A stretch of 53,657 bases of DNA from an uncultured Candidatus Saccharibacteria bacterium (GTDB taxonomy: Bacteria; Patescibacteriota; Saccharimonadia; Saccharimonadales; UBA4665): assembly GCA_964493045.1 (NCBI GenBank), contig CAZBLZ010000004.1, forward strand, positions 1,605 through 55,261, given 5' to 3'. Within the stretch, counting starts at the first letter, position 1; the number at the start of each line of letters is the position of its first letter. The notes under the pieces were generated by a model. That model ran no database searches. It saw only the letters and a program-made list of their open reading frames with translations, and was not told where the DNA came from. The position numbers and the translations under genes were made by a program. This document shows positions 36,109-45,440 of the stretch, piece after piece.

Positions 36109-36174
36109 ATGATCAAAGGCACTTTGCTTGCCGCATGTTCCTGCACATTCATTCTAGACAAGCGACGTGCATGA
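36109..36174 (+). CDS. Possible 21-codon upstream ORF in the secA leader (MIKGTLLAACSCTFILDKRRA)
   Basis: ATG preceded by aaaaagggg. However, the TACAAT at 36103-36108 could instead be a -10 element, which would exclude this ATG from the transcript. Confidence 0.25.
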   Translation: MIKGTLLAACSCTFILDKRRA

Positions 36175-36277
36175 ACTGTTTGATCACAGTAGGCCGGGGT
36201 AGGGTTTCTAGAGGAATGTAGTGTGATCATGTGGCCTAGCGGAGCACTGAAACTAATGGAGGAATGACTGGAATCTC

Positions 36278-38881
36278 ATGAACAGCACGCTAAAGAAGTT
36301 GCTCGGCGACCCACAGGCTAAGACTATCAAACGGCTGCGCAAACGCGTACGCGTTATCAATGAGTTGGCGCCGAAATACGAGAAAATGACCGATAAGAAA
36401 CTGCAGGAACAAACTGTAGTTTTACGTAAACGACTCGCCAAGGAAACGTTAGACGCGATTTTACCTGATGCTTTCGCCGTAGTGCGTGAGGCGGCTTCTC
36501 GCGCGCTGAAGCAACGACACTTTGACGTGCAGTTGGTTGGTGGCATGGTTTTACACGAGGGTAATGTTGCTGAGATGCGTACCGGTGAAGGTAAGACATT
36601 GGTTGCTACCGCGCCTGTCTACCTGAATGCAATTGACCAGAAGGGTGTACACGTAGTCACTGTGAATGATTACCTAGCACAGCGCGATGCTGGTTGGATG
36701 GCGCAGGTGTATCATTTCTTGGGTCTTTCAACTGCTGTTATCTTGGCAGATCATAGCTACATTTATGATCCAAAATTCGTCAACGAAGAACATGAAGATG
36801 AACGATTCCGCCACCTAAAGCCTTGTAGTCGTCAGGATGCCTATGCAGCTGATATTACGTATGGTACGAACAACGAATTTGGCTTTGATTACTTGCGCGA
36901 CAACATGGTGCGTGAAGTCGACCAACTACGCCAGCGTGATTTGAACTACGCGATTGTGGATGAAGTCGACTCGATTTTGATCGACGAAGCTCGTACTCCA
37001 CTGATTATTAGTGCTCCAAGTGTGACACCGGGCAATGCATATCAGCAGTTTGCGCGCACCGTGCGTCAGCTAAAGCCGGAAGATTATGAAGTTGATGAAA
37101 AGCGTAAGACAGTCATCTTAACTGATAGTGGTGTCGATCGAATCGAAAAGATTTTAGGTATTGAGAACATTTACGCCAGCGAAAATATACGCACAATTTA
37201 TCACTTGGAACAATCATTGCGTGCTCAGACCTTGTTTAAGCGCGACAAGGACTACGTAGTTACGAATGATGGAGAGATCGTGATCGTTGACGAATTCACT
37301 GGTCGATTGCTAGCGGGTCGCCGTTACAATGAAGGTCTACACCAGGCGATTGAAGCTAAGGAAGGTGTTGAGGTCCAGCAAGAATCTATGACACTTGCAA
37401 CAATTAGCTTCCAGAACTACTTCCGCCTGTACGGTAAATTGGCTGGTATGACTGGTACGGCCATGACGGAAAGTGAAGAGTTCCATCAGATCTATAAACT
37501 GGATGTAGTGGCAATCCCTTCGAATCGTGACTTGGCGCGCCAGGATCGCACTGACCGTATTTATCGTAACGAGGCTGCCAAGTTTAAAGCGATTGTGGAT
37601 CAGGTTAAAGAACTACAAGAAACTGGTCAGCCAGTTCTGATTGGTACTGCAAGTATTGAGAAGAATGAACGCCTTGGCAACATGTTGAAAAAAGCAGGTA
37701 TTGACCACCAGGTTTTGAATGCGAAGAACAACGAGCGTGAAGCTAAAATTGTATCTGCTGCCGGTGAAAAAGGTGCAGTCACGCTTGCGACCAACATTGC
37801 CGGTCGTGGTACTGACATTGTGTTAGGTGAGGGAATTAAAGAACTTGGCGGTTTGTTCGTACTTGGTAGTGAGCGTCACGAATCACGCCGTATTGATAAT
37901 CAGTTACGTGGTCGATCTGGTCGTCAGGGTGACCCTGGTGTAACTCAGTTCTACGTTAGTACTGAGGATGATTTGATGCGCATCTTTGGCGGTGAGCGTA
38001 TTGCTGGCATTATGAACCGACTTAAGGTTGAAGATGATGTGCCAATTGAAAACCGATTGATTAGCAAAAGCCTCGAGAATGCCCAGAAGAAGGTTGAAGG
38101 CTTCCACTTCGATCAGCGTAAGAACGTCGTTCAATATGATGATGTAATGAACCGTCACCGTAAGGCAACCTACGCAATGCGCAAGGAAATTCTACGAGCT
38201 GACGATATTAGTAAACGCATCAAAGTTTATGTTGAAGATGAGGTGAAGGCTCTAGCTAACAGTCCACTACGTTTGACTGCGGAATTTGAACCGGCCGTAC
38301 GAGAATTGCTGCCTTTGGATGAAGCGGCTCTAGATCGCATATTTGCTGCTACGGCTGATAAGGTTGAGCCAGTCTTGATCGAAGAGTCCAAGGAACTTTA
38401 CCTGGGCCGCGAAGCCGCTTTCGGTGCTGAAATAATGCGTAAAGTTGAACGTGATGTGTACTTGCAGATTCTAGATAACCTCTGGATGCAACATCTGGAA
38501 AACATGGATCACTTACGCGAGGGCATTCACTGGATGAGTGTTGGTCAACGAGATCCTCTGGTAGAGTATCGACGCCGTGGTCAAATGATCTTCGAGGAAA
38601 TGCAACAAGCACTTCGTCATGAAGTAGTGCGTGCCTTATTCCACGCTGAACCTGTTGCCGAGGAAGATCTGGGTCGCCCAATCGAAACCGAACTAACACG
38701 TGCTGCTCGTAACTCAATCAGCAATGCTGGTGAAATTACCGAAGCTGATACTGAATTTGAAGAGTCTGATTTTGATGATAAAAAAGCTACCGCTAAGCCG
38801 GTGAAATCTACTAGCGTACAGCGTAAAAAAACTAATAAAGCCGAGCGACAACGCAAGGCAAAGGCACGTAAGCGTAAGTAA
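36278..38881 (+). CDS. secA: Preprotein translocase ATPase SecA (no C-terminal zinc finger)
   Basis: MRTGEGKTLVAT Walker A, DEVDSILIDEARTPLIIS and TNIAGRGTDI. The C-terminus is Lys/Arg-rich rather than the CxCxSG...C[HC] motif. Confidence 0.95.
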   Translation: MNSTLKKLLGDPQAKTIKRLRKRVRVINELAPKYEKMTDKKLQEQTVVLRKRLAKETLDAILPDAFAVVREAASRALKQRHFDVQLVGGMVLHEGNVAEMRTGEGKTLVATAPVYLNAIDQKGVHVVTVNDYLAQRDAGWMAQVYHFLGLSTAVILADHSYIYDPKFVNEEHEDERFRHLKPCSRQDAYAADITYGTNNEFGFDYLRDNMVREVDQLRQRDLNYAIVDEVDSILIDEARTPLIISAPSVTPGNAYQQFARTVRQLKPEDYEVDEKRKTVILTDSGVDRIEKILGIENIYASENIRTIYHLEQSLRAQTLFKRDKDYVVTNDGEIVIVDEFTGRLLAGRRYNEGLHQAIEAKEGVEVQQESMTLATISFQNYFRLYGKLAGMTGTAMTESEEFHQIYKLDVVAIPSNRDLARQDRTDRIYRNEAAKFKAIVDQVKELQETGQPVLIGTASIEKNERLGNMLKKAGIDHQVLNAKNNEREAKIVSAAGEKGAVTLATNIAGRGTDIVLGEGIKELGGLFVLGSERHESRRIDNQLRGRSGRQGDPGVTQFYVSTEDDLMRIFGGERIAGIMNRLKVEDDVPIENRLISKSLENAQKKVEGFHFDQRKNVVQYDDVMNRHRKATYAMRKEILRADDISKRIKVYVEDEVKALANSPLRLTAEFEPAVRELLPLDEAALDRIFAATADKVEPVLIEESKELYLGREAAFGAEIMRKVERDVYLQILDNLWMQHLENMDHLREGIHWMSVGQRDPLVEYRRRGQMIFEEMQQALRHEVVRALFHAEPVAEEDLGRPIETELTRAARNSISNAGEITEADTEFEESDFDDKKATAKPVKSTSVQRKKTNKAERQRKAKARKRK

Positions 38882-38910
38882 AGCGCCACCCATAGGGAAG
38901 TGAAATAAAC

Positions 38911-40197
38911 ATGAAACATAGTGTCGAAGAAGTTGTTTTAAAAAATGGTGCGCGCGGTTTGCTGGTACATGTACCAGATGCCATGGTGCTCGACGTGTAT
39001 CTAAACTTTCGTGCGGGTGAATATCTAGTCGATCGTGATAAATGGGAAGCCCCACACCTTATGGAGCATGTGCTCTTGGGTGCTAACGACATGTACCCTC
39101 GCGCCCGTGATTTCCAGGCAGTAGTTGAACAAAATGGCGCTTACAGCAACGCTTCTACTGATGTATACGACATTATCTACGAAACCGAATGTGCAGACTT
39201 CGAATGGGACCGTGTATTTAAGCTATTACTATTGGCGATTGAAAAACCACTGTTCTTACAAGAAGAATTCGATGCTGAGTTCGGTAACGTCCGTGAAGAA
39301 CTTAGCGCACGTGCTAACAATCACTATCGTCAACTGGGCGCGAATACGCGCAAAGCCTATGGTTTAGTTGCGGAAACTGACCGTGAACGACTAGAGCTGA
39401 TGCAGAATGTTAAGCTTGAAGACGTTCGCGAGCACTATCGCCGTACTCATACTACTGACAATATGCGTTTTGTGATTGCAGGGAACATCGGCAAGCGCAA
39501 ACACTCAATCGTACAGATGCTCGAGAATATCGATTTGCCTCGAGGGGAACGTTTTGCGATGCCAGACGAAATTGTTCGTCCTCCTAAGGTGCCAGTCTGT
39601 ATTCCAAATAACACGGTCGACACGATTTATTTCTATATCGACACATTTATGAATCGCCGTTTGGAAGAGTCCGAAGTGGATGCTTTGGCACTCGTAAACG
39701 CCATCCTAACCGAAACCTTGTACAGTAAGATCCTTGGCACTGCTCGTGAGCGTGGTCTAGTGTATGGCATGAACAGCGGGTACCAGCAGATTAAGCTAAG
39801 TAGCAACCTATGGTTTGGCAGTCAGGTCTCTGTAGCGAATGCTTCCGCACTTTTTGATATTGTTACAGAACAACTCGGCAACTTATTCCGTGGGGAACTC
39901 GCAGAATCTGATATTGCAGCGGCACAGGCATATTCCATAGGTCGCTACCAGCGTGGTGCGCAGACAGTATCAAGTACGGCCCAGGGCTACACTGGTCGCT
40001 ATTTCTTCGACGAATTCATTGATGATTATTATAAAATTCCGGAGCGTATCAAAGCGGTGACAAAACAGTCAATCGTTGATGTGACTCGCGCGATGTTTGC
40101 AGATGGTGTTGGCGGGCTAGGCTTATATGGTAAATGTACTCCAGAGCTTGCCGCGAAGCTGAATGACCATATCGATGGTCTGTGGAAACAGGGCTAG
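38911..40197 (+). CDS. M16 (pitrilysin/insulinase) family zinc peptidase
   Basis: Inverted zinc motif HxxEH (PHLMEHVLLG) near the N-terminus, in a two-domain-sized protein. Confidence 0.75.
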   Translation: MKHSVEEVVLKNGARGLLVHVPDAMVLDVYLNFRAGEYLVDRDKWEAPHLMEHVLLGANDMYPRARDFQAVVEQNGAYSNASTDVYDIIYETECADFEWDRVFKLLLLAIEKPLFLQEEFDAEFGNVREELSARANNHYRQLGANTRKAYGLVAETDRERLELMQNVKLEDVREHYRRTHTTDNMRFVIAGNIGKRKHSIVQMLENIDLPRGERFAMPDEIVRPPKVPVCIPNNTVDTIYFYIDTFMNRRLEESEVDALALVNAILTETLYSKILGTARERGLVYGMNSGYQQIKLSSNLWFGSQVSVANASALFDIVTEQLGNLFRGELAESDIAAAQAYSIGRYQRGAQTVSSTAQGYTGRYFFDEFIDDYYKIPERIKAVTKQSIVDVTRAMFADGVGGLGLYGKCTPELAAKLNDHIDGLWKQG

Positions 40198-40203
40198 ACC
40201 AAG

Positions 40204-41286
40204 ATGGACTCACTGCAAACGGCCGCACATGCTTTGCAGGTAGAAGTGCAGAATGCGCTTGAGCGAATCGGTTATGAACGGCTAGTATCTCGCAAAAAGG
40301 AACTCGACGAACAGGCTGCTCAACCTGATTTATGGCAAGACGCAGCTCAGGCTCAGACGATACTGCGCGAGCAGTCAGGATTGGAGAAACGATTAGCACC
40401 GTGGCGTGAGTTGACTCAGATTCTGACTGATGTGATTGAGCTCGCTGCACTAAATGATAAAACTCTGACGACTGATCTAAGGACACAACTTGGAGCTGCC
40501 GAACAAAGTTTCGCGGAACTTAAAGAAGAGCTTAAATTCAGCGGACCCTATGACGACCATGATGCGATTTTAAGTATCCATGCTGGAGCAGGCGGTACTG
40601 ACGCGCAGGATTGGACGCAAATGCTGCTTCGTATGTATGTTCGTTATGCCGAGAAAGCTGGTTGGTATGTTACGACAATTGATGAGTCCGCCGGTGAAGA
40701 GGCAGGCATTAAAAGTGTTACATTGGAAATTAGCGGTAAATTTGCCTACGGCAAGCTCAAAGGTGAGCATGGCGTGCATCGTCTAGTGCGCCTGAGTCCA
40801 TTCAACGCCGAGAGCCGCGAAACCAGCTTTGCTAAAGTTGAAGTTATGCCTAAAATTGATACCCCAGAAGACGTTGTTGTGGATGATAAAGACCTCAAAA
40901 TTGACGTCTATCGTAGTGGTGGTCATGGCGGCCAGTCGGTAAATACTACTGACTCCGCAGTGCGCATTACGCACCTGCCGACGGGCCTCGTCGTTGCTAT
41001 TCAAAACGAGCGTAGTCAACTCCAGAACAAAGAAACGGCGATGACTATTCTGCGGTCACGCCTGGCACAGTTGCAACTTGAGCAGCATGCTGAAAGAGTC
41101 AGTGAGCTCAAGGGGCCTAATGAGCAGGCTGCATGGGGTAATCAGATCCGCAGCTATGTACTACATCCATATAAGCAGGTTAAGGACCTACGCACTCGAC
41201 ATGAATCATCAGACCCCGATGCAGTATTGGCGGGCGACCTTGAGCCGTTTGTTACTGCCTATCTTGAGCATACGTTAGGGGAATAG
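40204..41286 (+). CDS. prfB: Peptide chain release factor 2 (single uninterrupted ORF, no programmed frameshift)
   Basis: SPF tripeptide (RLSPFNAESRETSF) and GGQ motif ([20 protein letters not shown]). Confidence 0.95.
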   Translation: MDSLQTAAHALQVEVQNALERIGYERLVSRKKELDEQAAQPDLWQDAAQAQTILREQSGLEKRLAPWRELTQILTDVIELAALNDKTLTTDLRTQLGAAEQSFAELKEELKFSGPYDDHDAILSIHAGAGGTDAQDWTQMLLRMYVRYAEKAGWYVTTIDESAGEEAGIKSVTLEISGKFAYGKLKGEHGVHRLVRLSPFNAESRETSFAKVEVMPKIDTPEDVVVDDKDLKIDVYRSGGHGGQSVNTTDSAVRITHLPTGLVVAIQNERSQLQNKETAMTILRSRLAQLQLEQHAERVSELKGPNEQAAWGNQIRSYVLHPYKQVKDLRTRHESSDPDAVLAGDLEPFVTAYLEHTLGE

Positions 41287-41368
41287 CTGTGTTTATTCCT
41301 GAGGATTTTGAATAATTCTTCTCGCAAGACCCTCTGTGTCCAGTATGTGATATGTTACAATAAGCGTA

Positions 41369-42055
41369 ATGATTTTGCTGGATAGGGTAACGAAGACATA
41401 TAACAAAAACCTAGGGCCTGCGCTTGATCGTATAAGCTTGCACGTAGAACCGAAAGAGTTTGTAATTGTCGTAGGGCAGAGTGGTGCAGGCAAGTCGACG
41501 TTGCTCAAGTTACTTACGCGCGAAGAGCGACCAACCAGTGGCAAGATAATTGTCGGCGGTATCGATTACGACAAGCTGCGCGATCGTGATATTCCACTAT
41601 TGCGTCGTAAGATTGGTACAGTATTCCAGGATTTTAAATTGCTGCCAAATCGCACCGTGTTTGAGAACGTTGCATTTGCGCTCGAAATTGTCGGTGTCAG
41701 TACGCATGAAATCAATAACACCGTACCTAAGGTGCTCGAAATCGTGAACCTTAAAGACAAGGCCGGTCGTATGCCGCAGGAACTCAGTGGCGGTGAGCGT
41801 CAGCGAGTAGCTATTGCACGCGCAATTGTTCGTCAGCCTAAAATCCTGATCGCTGATGAGCCAACTGGAAACCTTGATCCTAAGCACGCCTGGGATGTCA
41901 TACGCGTACTCGAAAAGGTTAACCGTTATGGAACTACGGTGCTACTAACTACACACAACCAAGAGATTGTGAACAAGCTTAAGCGACGCGTAGTGACTAT
42001 TAAACATGGTCAGATCGAAAGCGATCGGGCTAGTGCGGAATATAGCGTCAAGTAG
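41369..42055 (+). CDS. ftsE: Cell division ATP-binding protein FtsE
   Basis: Walker A GQSGAGKSTL, signature LSGGERQRV and Walker B ILIADEPTGNLD. It lies directly upstream of ftsX. Confidence 0.9.
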   Translation: MILLDRVTKTYNKNLGPALDRISLHVEPKEFVIVVGQSGAGKSTLLKLLTREERPTSGKIIVGGIDYDKLRDRDIPLLRRKIGTVFQDFKLLPNRTVFENVAFALEIVGVSTHEINNTVPKVLEIVNLKDKAGRMPQELSGGERQRVAIARAIVRQPKILIADEPTGNLDPKHAWDVIRVLEKVNRYGTTVLLTTHNQEIVNKLKRRVVTIKHGQIESDRASAEYSVK

Positions 42056-42057
42056 TT

Positions 42058-43011
42058 ATGATGAAGCAGCATAAATTTATTACTTTTGGTCGAATTGTGC
42101 GTACGGGGATGGTTAACTTCCTACGTAATATGTGGCTTGCGATTGCTGCTATGGCCATCATGATTGTTACATTGAGCATTATCTTGTTCTCGGTGATCGT
42201 GAATGCAACTTTCAGTAATACGGTGGCCCAAATTACTTCAAAAATCAACGTCTCTCTGTACTTGAAAGATTCGGCTACACCTACGCAGACGCAGGATTTG
42301 TTAAAGCAGTTGCGTGCGCTTCCAAGTGTGCAGAAGGTAACGTATCTAACTAAAGCTCAAGCCTTGCAGGCCTACGAAAAACAAAATGCGGGTAATCAAG
42401 GCTTACTGCAGGCAATTAGCGAAACCGACAACCCATTACCAGCAACCATACAAGTTAAACCTGTTGATCTGAATAAGATCAATCAGATCCGTGCGTTCGC
42501 CAACAAGCCGGGTGTACTTGCTTTGCAATCAGATCCCGCGAAAGCTAATGATGATCGACGTGCTGCAGTAGATAAAATCACTCAAGCAACTAATATTTTG
42601 GAGCGGGCAGGAGTTATTGCGGTGTTGGTCTTTGCAGTAATCTCTGTACTTATCATCTTTAACACTATTCAGATGGCAATATTTAACCGTCGCGATGAAC
42701 TACAAATTATGCGGTTGCTCGGGGCAAGTACCTGGTTTATCCGCGGGCCATTTGTAGTCGAAGCAGTTATTTACGGCGTACTATCAGCTGTTGCATCAGT
42801 GTTGCTTATCAACGGTATATTTATTACTGCTAGTAGCAGTCTGCAAGCGACCAGCTTTGGATTGCTCGATATTAGCTATAGCCAGTCATTCTTTGAAGCG
42901 CACTATTGGTTGCTATTGACCGTGCAGTTAGGGCTTGGTATATTCATAGGCGCTGCATCGTCCATCATTGCTACGCGGCGATATCTCAAATTTAAAGTGT
43001 CAAAGAAATAA
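42058..43011 (+). CDS. ftsX: Cell division permease-like protein FtsX
   Basis: One N-terminal TM helix, a large extracytoplasmic loop and three C-terminal TM helices. It starts 3 nt after ftsE. Confidence 0.85.
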   Translation: MMKQHKFITFGRIVRTGMVNFLRNMWLAIAAMAIMIVTLSIILFSVIVNATFSNTVAQITSKINVSLYLKDSATPTQTQDLLKQLRALPSVQKVTYLTKAQALQAYEKQNAGNQGLLQAISETDNPLPATIQVKPVDLNKINQIRAFANKPGVLALQSDPAKANDDRRAAVDKITQATNILERAGVIAVLVFAVISVLIIFNTIQMAIFNRRDELQIMRLLGASTWFIRGPFVVEAVIYGVLSAVASVLLINGIFITASSSLQATSFGLLDISYSQSFFEAHYWLLLTVQLGLGIFIGAASSIIATRRYLKFKVSKK

Positions 43012-43141
43012 TTTTTACACCAAAGAGGGTTTCTCGGTATCCGTAGACGGGGAAACACATAACAAATGAGGGGCAGGGATAAGATTGAAGCATTTGCACA
43101 AGCGTGATACACTGAAGTCAAAGGTTCGTAATACAAAAACT

Positions 43142-44284
43142 ATGAAAAAACTTTTACGAAAACCATTCAAATCTAAGCTTAATGTCGGTGTTTTAGCACT
43201 GTCAGGTGCATTGGTGGTTAGCGCTACTTGTATCCCTACACTCCGCCAGGTAGTTATGGCTGACAGCCTTCAGGATCAGATCAACTCACTAAATGCTCAA
43301 AATGCTACTGCACGATCTACAGTGAATGGTCTGCAGGCGCAGGCAGCCTCTTACCAAGATGCAATTAACCAGCTGCAAGCTCAAATTAACGGCCTACAAA
43401 GCTCCATTGATGCAAATGTAGCTCAACAGGCGCTAGTGCAGCAACAGATTGTAGATGCTCAGAATCAGATTGATCAGGAGAGGGCATTTCTTGCTAGCGA
43501 CGTGAAGGCGATGTATGTAGATGGTACACCCACGACGCTTGAGGTTCTTGCAACTAGTAAAAACTTAAGTGATTTTGTCGACAAACAACAATACCGTACA
43601 ACAGTACAGAATAAACTACAGGACACGCTTAAGAAAATTGCCGCCCTACAGGCTGAGTTACAGGCCAAAAAAGCTCAGGTTGACCAGTTATTAAGCGAAG
43701 AGAAGTCGCAGCAGAACCAATTGGCAAGTGCTCAATCTCAGCAGGCAGGCCTGCTGAATATGAATGAATCTCAACAGGCTAATTACAATGCCCAAATTAA
43801 AGCTAACAGCTCACAGATAGCTAGCTTGCGTGCTCAACAGGCTGCAGCCAACTCCAAATTAGGTAGTGGTTTGATTGCAGGCGATCCTGGTCATGGTGGC
43901 TATCCGTCGAAATGGGCGAATGCAGCTCAAGACTCGACGCTTGACAGCTGGGGGCTCTATAACCGTGAATGTGTGAGCTACGCAGCATGGCGCGTATATG
44001 ATACATATGGCTACATGCCATATTGGGGTGGTGTTGGTAACGCAAACCAGTGGCCTGGTGACGCTCGTGCGGCTGGTATAGCAACCGGTTCGACGCCAAA
44101 GGCGAACTCAGTTGCTATCTGGAATGTAGGTGTGTATGGTCATGCTATGTGGGTTGAAGCAGTCAACTCTGATGGTTCGTTATGGGTCAGTCAGTATAAC
44201 TACAGCTACAATGGTCAATATAGTGAAATGGCCGTCAGTGCTTCCCAAGCACGAACCTTCACTTATATCTACTTCGGTGGCTAG
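43142..44284 (+). CDS. Secreted coiled-coil plus CHAP-domain peptidoglycan hydrolase (PcsB-like architecture)
   Basis: Signal or anchor sequence MKKLLRKPFKSKLNVGVLALSGALVV, a long Q/A/L-rich coiled coil, and a C-terminal CHAP domain (NRECVSYAAWRV...GHAMWVEAV). I chose the ATG at 43142 over the TTG at 43085. Confidence 0.8.
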   Translation: MKKLLRKPFKSKLNVGVLALSGALVVSATCIPTLRQVVMADSLQDQINSLNAQNATARSTVNGLQAQAASYQDAINQLQAQINGLQSSIDANVAQQALVQQQIVDAQNQIDQERAFLASDVKAMYVDGTPTTLEVLATSKNLSDFVDKQQYRTTVQNKLQDTLKKIAALQAELQAKKAQVDQLLSEEKSQQNQLASAQSQQAGLLNMNESQQANYNAQIKANSSQIASLRAQQAAANSKLGSGLIAGDPGHGGYPSKWANAAQDSTLDSWGLYNRECVSYAAWRVYDTYGYMPYWGGVGNANQWPGDARAAGIATGSTPKANSVAIWNVGVYGHAMWVEAVNSDGSLWVSQYNYSYNGQYSEMAVSASQARTFTYIYFGG

Positions 44285-44313
44285 AGAAGCCCTACAGGAT
44301 TAGTGTAACTAAC

Positions 44314-44345
44314 AAAACAGCCCGATGCTCAAGTCGGGCTGTTTT
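44314..44345. terminator. Bidirectional rho-independent terminator between the CHAP gene and the FemAB-family gene
   Basis: Arms aaaacagcccga (44314-44325) and tcgggctgtttt (44334-44345). Confidence 0.8.
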
Positions 44346-44359
44346 AATGTGAAGAGTAG

Positions 44360-45376
44360 TTAACCGCGTACGCGCTTATACAAGCGGAATGCGGCGTAAC
44401 GCAAGGGTTTGTATACAAAATCTACCGGATTTGGGTGGGCAAGGCTATAACCGCCAAAACGGGTTTTAAAACCTGTCACACCTGCTAGATGTGTACCTTT
44501 GACTTCGTCAGAAACACCTCCAAAGTTGAGAGTGTGCCAACCACGTTTTTTGGCCTCTAAGATCGCGTTCCACATTACGAAGTAGGGTGGAGCAATCTTG
44601 CGGAAATCATCACTTGAACCGGCGAATACGTAATGCATGACATCGTCGTAGGCCGCAAATAGTCCGGCTGCTGCGGGCTTACCGTCTATAGTGCAGATTG
44701 CTACAAAGCCTGAATCGGCTGGGACTGATTCAAGTACGGCTTGGTAGTACTCATGGCTTTGAATGCTGAAGCTGTCGCGTTCGGCTGTAGTCTGCATGAG
44801 ATTAAAGAATGCATCAAGTGGAGCTTCGGCGGGTGCATAAAAATCCAATTTAGCATTAGCACGCTCAGCAAGCCGTACGTTATAGCGAGCATGTTTGTGG
44901 AGCCCCATCCAGATCGATTCTTGATCGCCTGAAATATCAAGCAGCCATTCAGCTCGTGGTTGCAAGCTTGCAGTGATTGCGATGTAGTTAGGAACAGCGC
45001 GTATGTTCGGTAGGGTACTCAAGCCATCCACATCGAGTCGTACGAATGTGGCGCCTACGCGCGTGGCGATCTCATCGAAAAAATGTCGTAAGCAGTCCGC
45101 TAATTCAGTAGTCCATACGTGGGCGGTAGGTCCGTACGGACAATACAGGAAGCTGATTCCTCCTGGTGCATCGTATTTGACGGCTAGTCCTGCAGCCATA
45201 ACGACACCGTCTAAAGTCACAGTGAAGTATATGACCGTTTTACCATCACGCTCCTGCCAGGCACCATAAAAAGGGGCTTGGAGGAAGGAGATCGGCCGAT
45301 CGGAATCATGGAGGGTATCAAGGGCTGCTTTGTATATTTCCGGAGAGCATTCTTGAGCCGTTAAGCTGTTCTTCAT
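44360..45376 (-). CDS. FemAB-family peptidoglycan interpeptide-bridge aminoacyltransferase
   Basis: The size and FLQAPFYGAWQ...HYVFAGSS...APPYFVMWNAILEAKKRG pattern fit the FemAB/MurM family. Confidence 0.65.
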   Translation of the reverse strand: MKNSLTAQECSPEIYKAALDTLHDSDRPISFLQAPFYGAWQERDGKTVIYFTVTLDGVVMAAGLAVKYDAPGGISFLYCPYGPTAHVWTTELADCLRHFFDEIATRVGATFVRLDVDGLSTLPNIRAVPNYIAITASLQPRAEWLLDISGDQESIWMGLHKHARYNVRLAERANAKLDFYAPAEAPLDAFFNLMQTTAERDSFSIQSHEYYQAVLESVPADSGFVAICTIDGKPAAAGLFAAYDDVMHYVFAGSSDDFRKIAPPYFVMWNAILEAKKRGWHTLNFGGVSDEVKGTHLAGVTGFKTRFGGYSLAHPNPVDFVYKPLRYAAFRLYKRVRG

Positions 45377-45440
45377 ATTGCTTTATTGTACCGCAAAACT
45401 GGATTAAAACCGCTGTACAGTGAGGTATACTACTAAGCAT

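Noticed and set aside
43012-43141. A possible riboswitch (c-di-AMP/ydaO-like) in the 130-nt leader of the CHAP hydrolase gene, because of ACGGGGA and GAGGGGC elements and a gtttc...gaaac stem
   Set aside because: I found only short, weak helices. I cannot reproduce the ydaO pseudo-symmetric architecture from memory. A covariance-model search would be needed.
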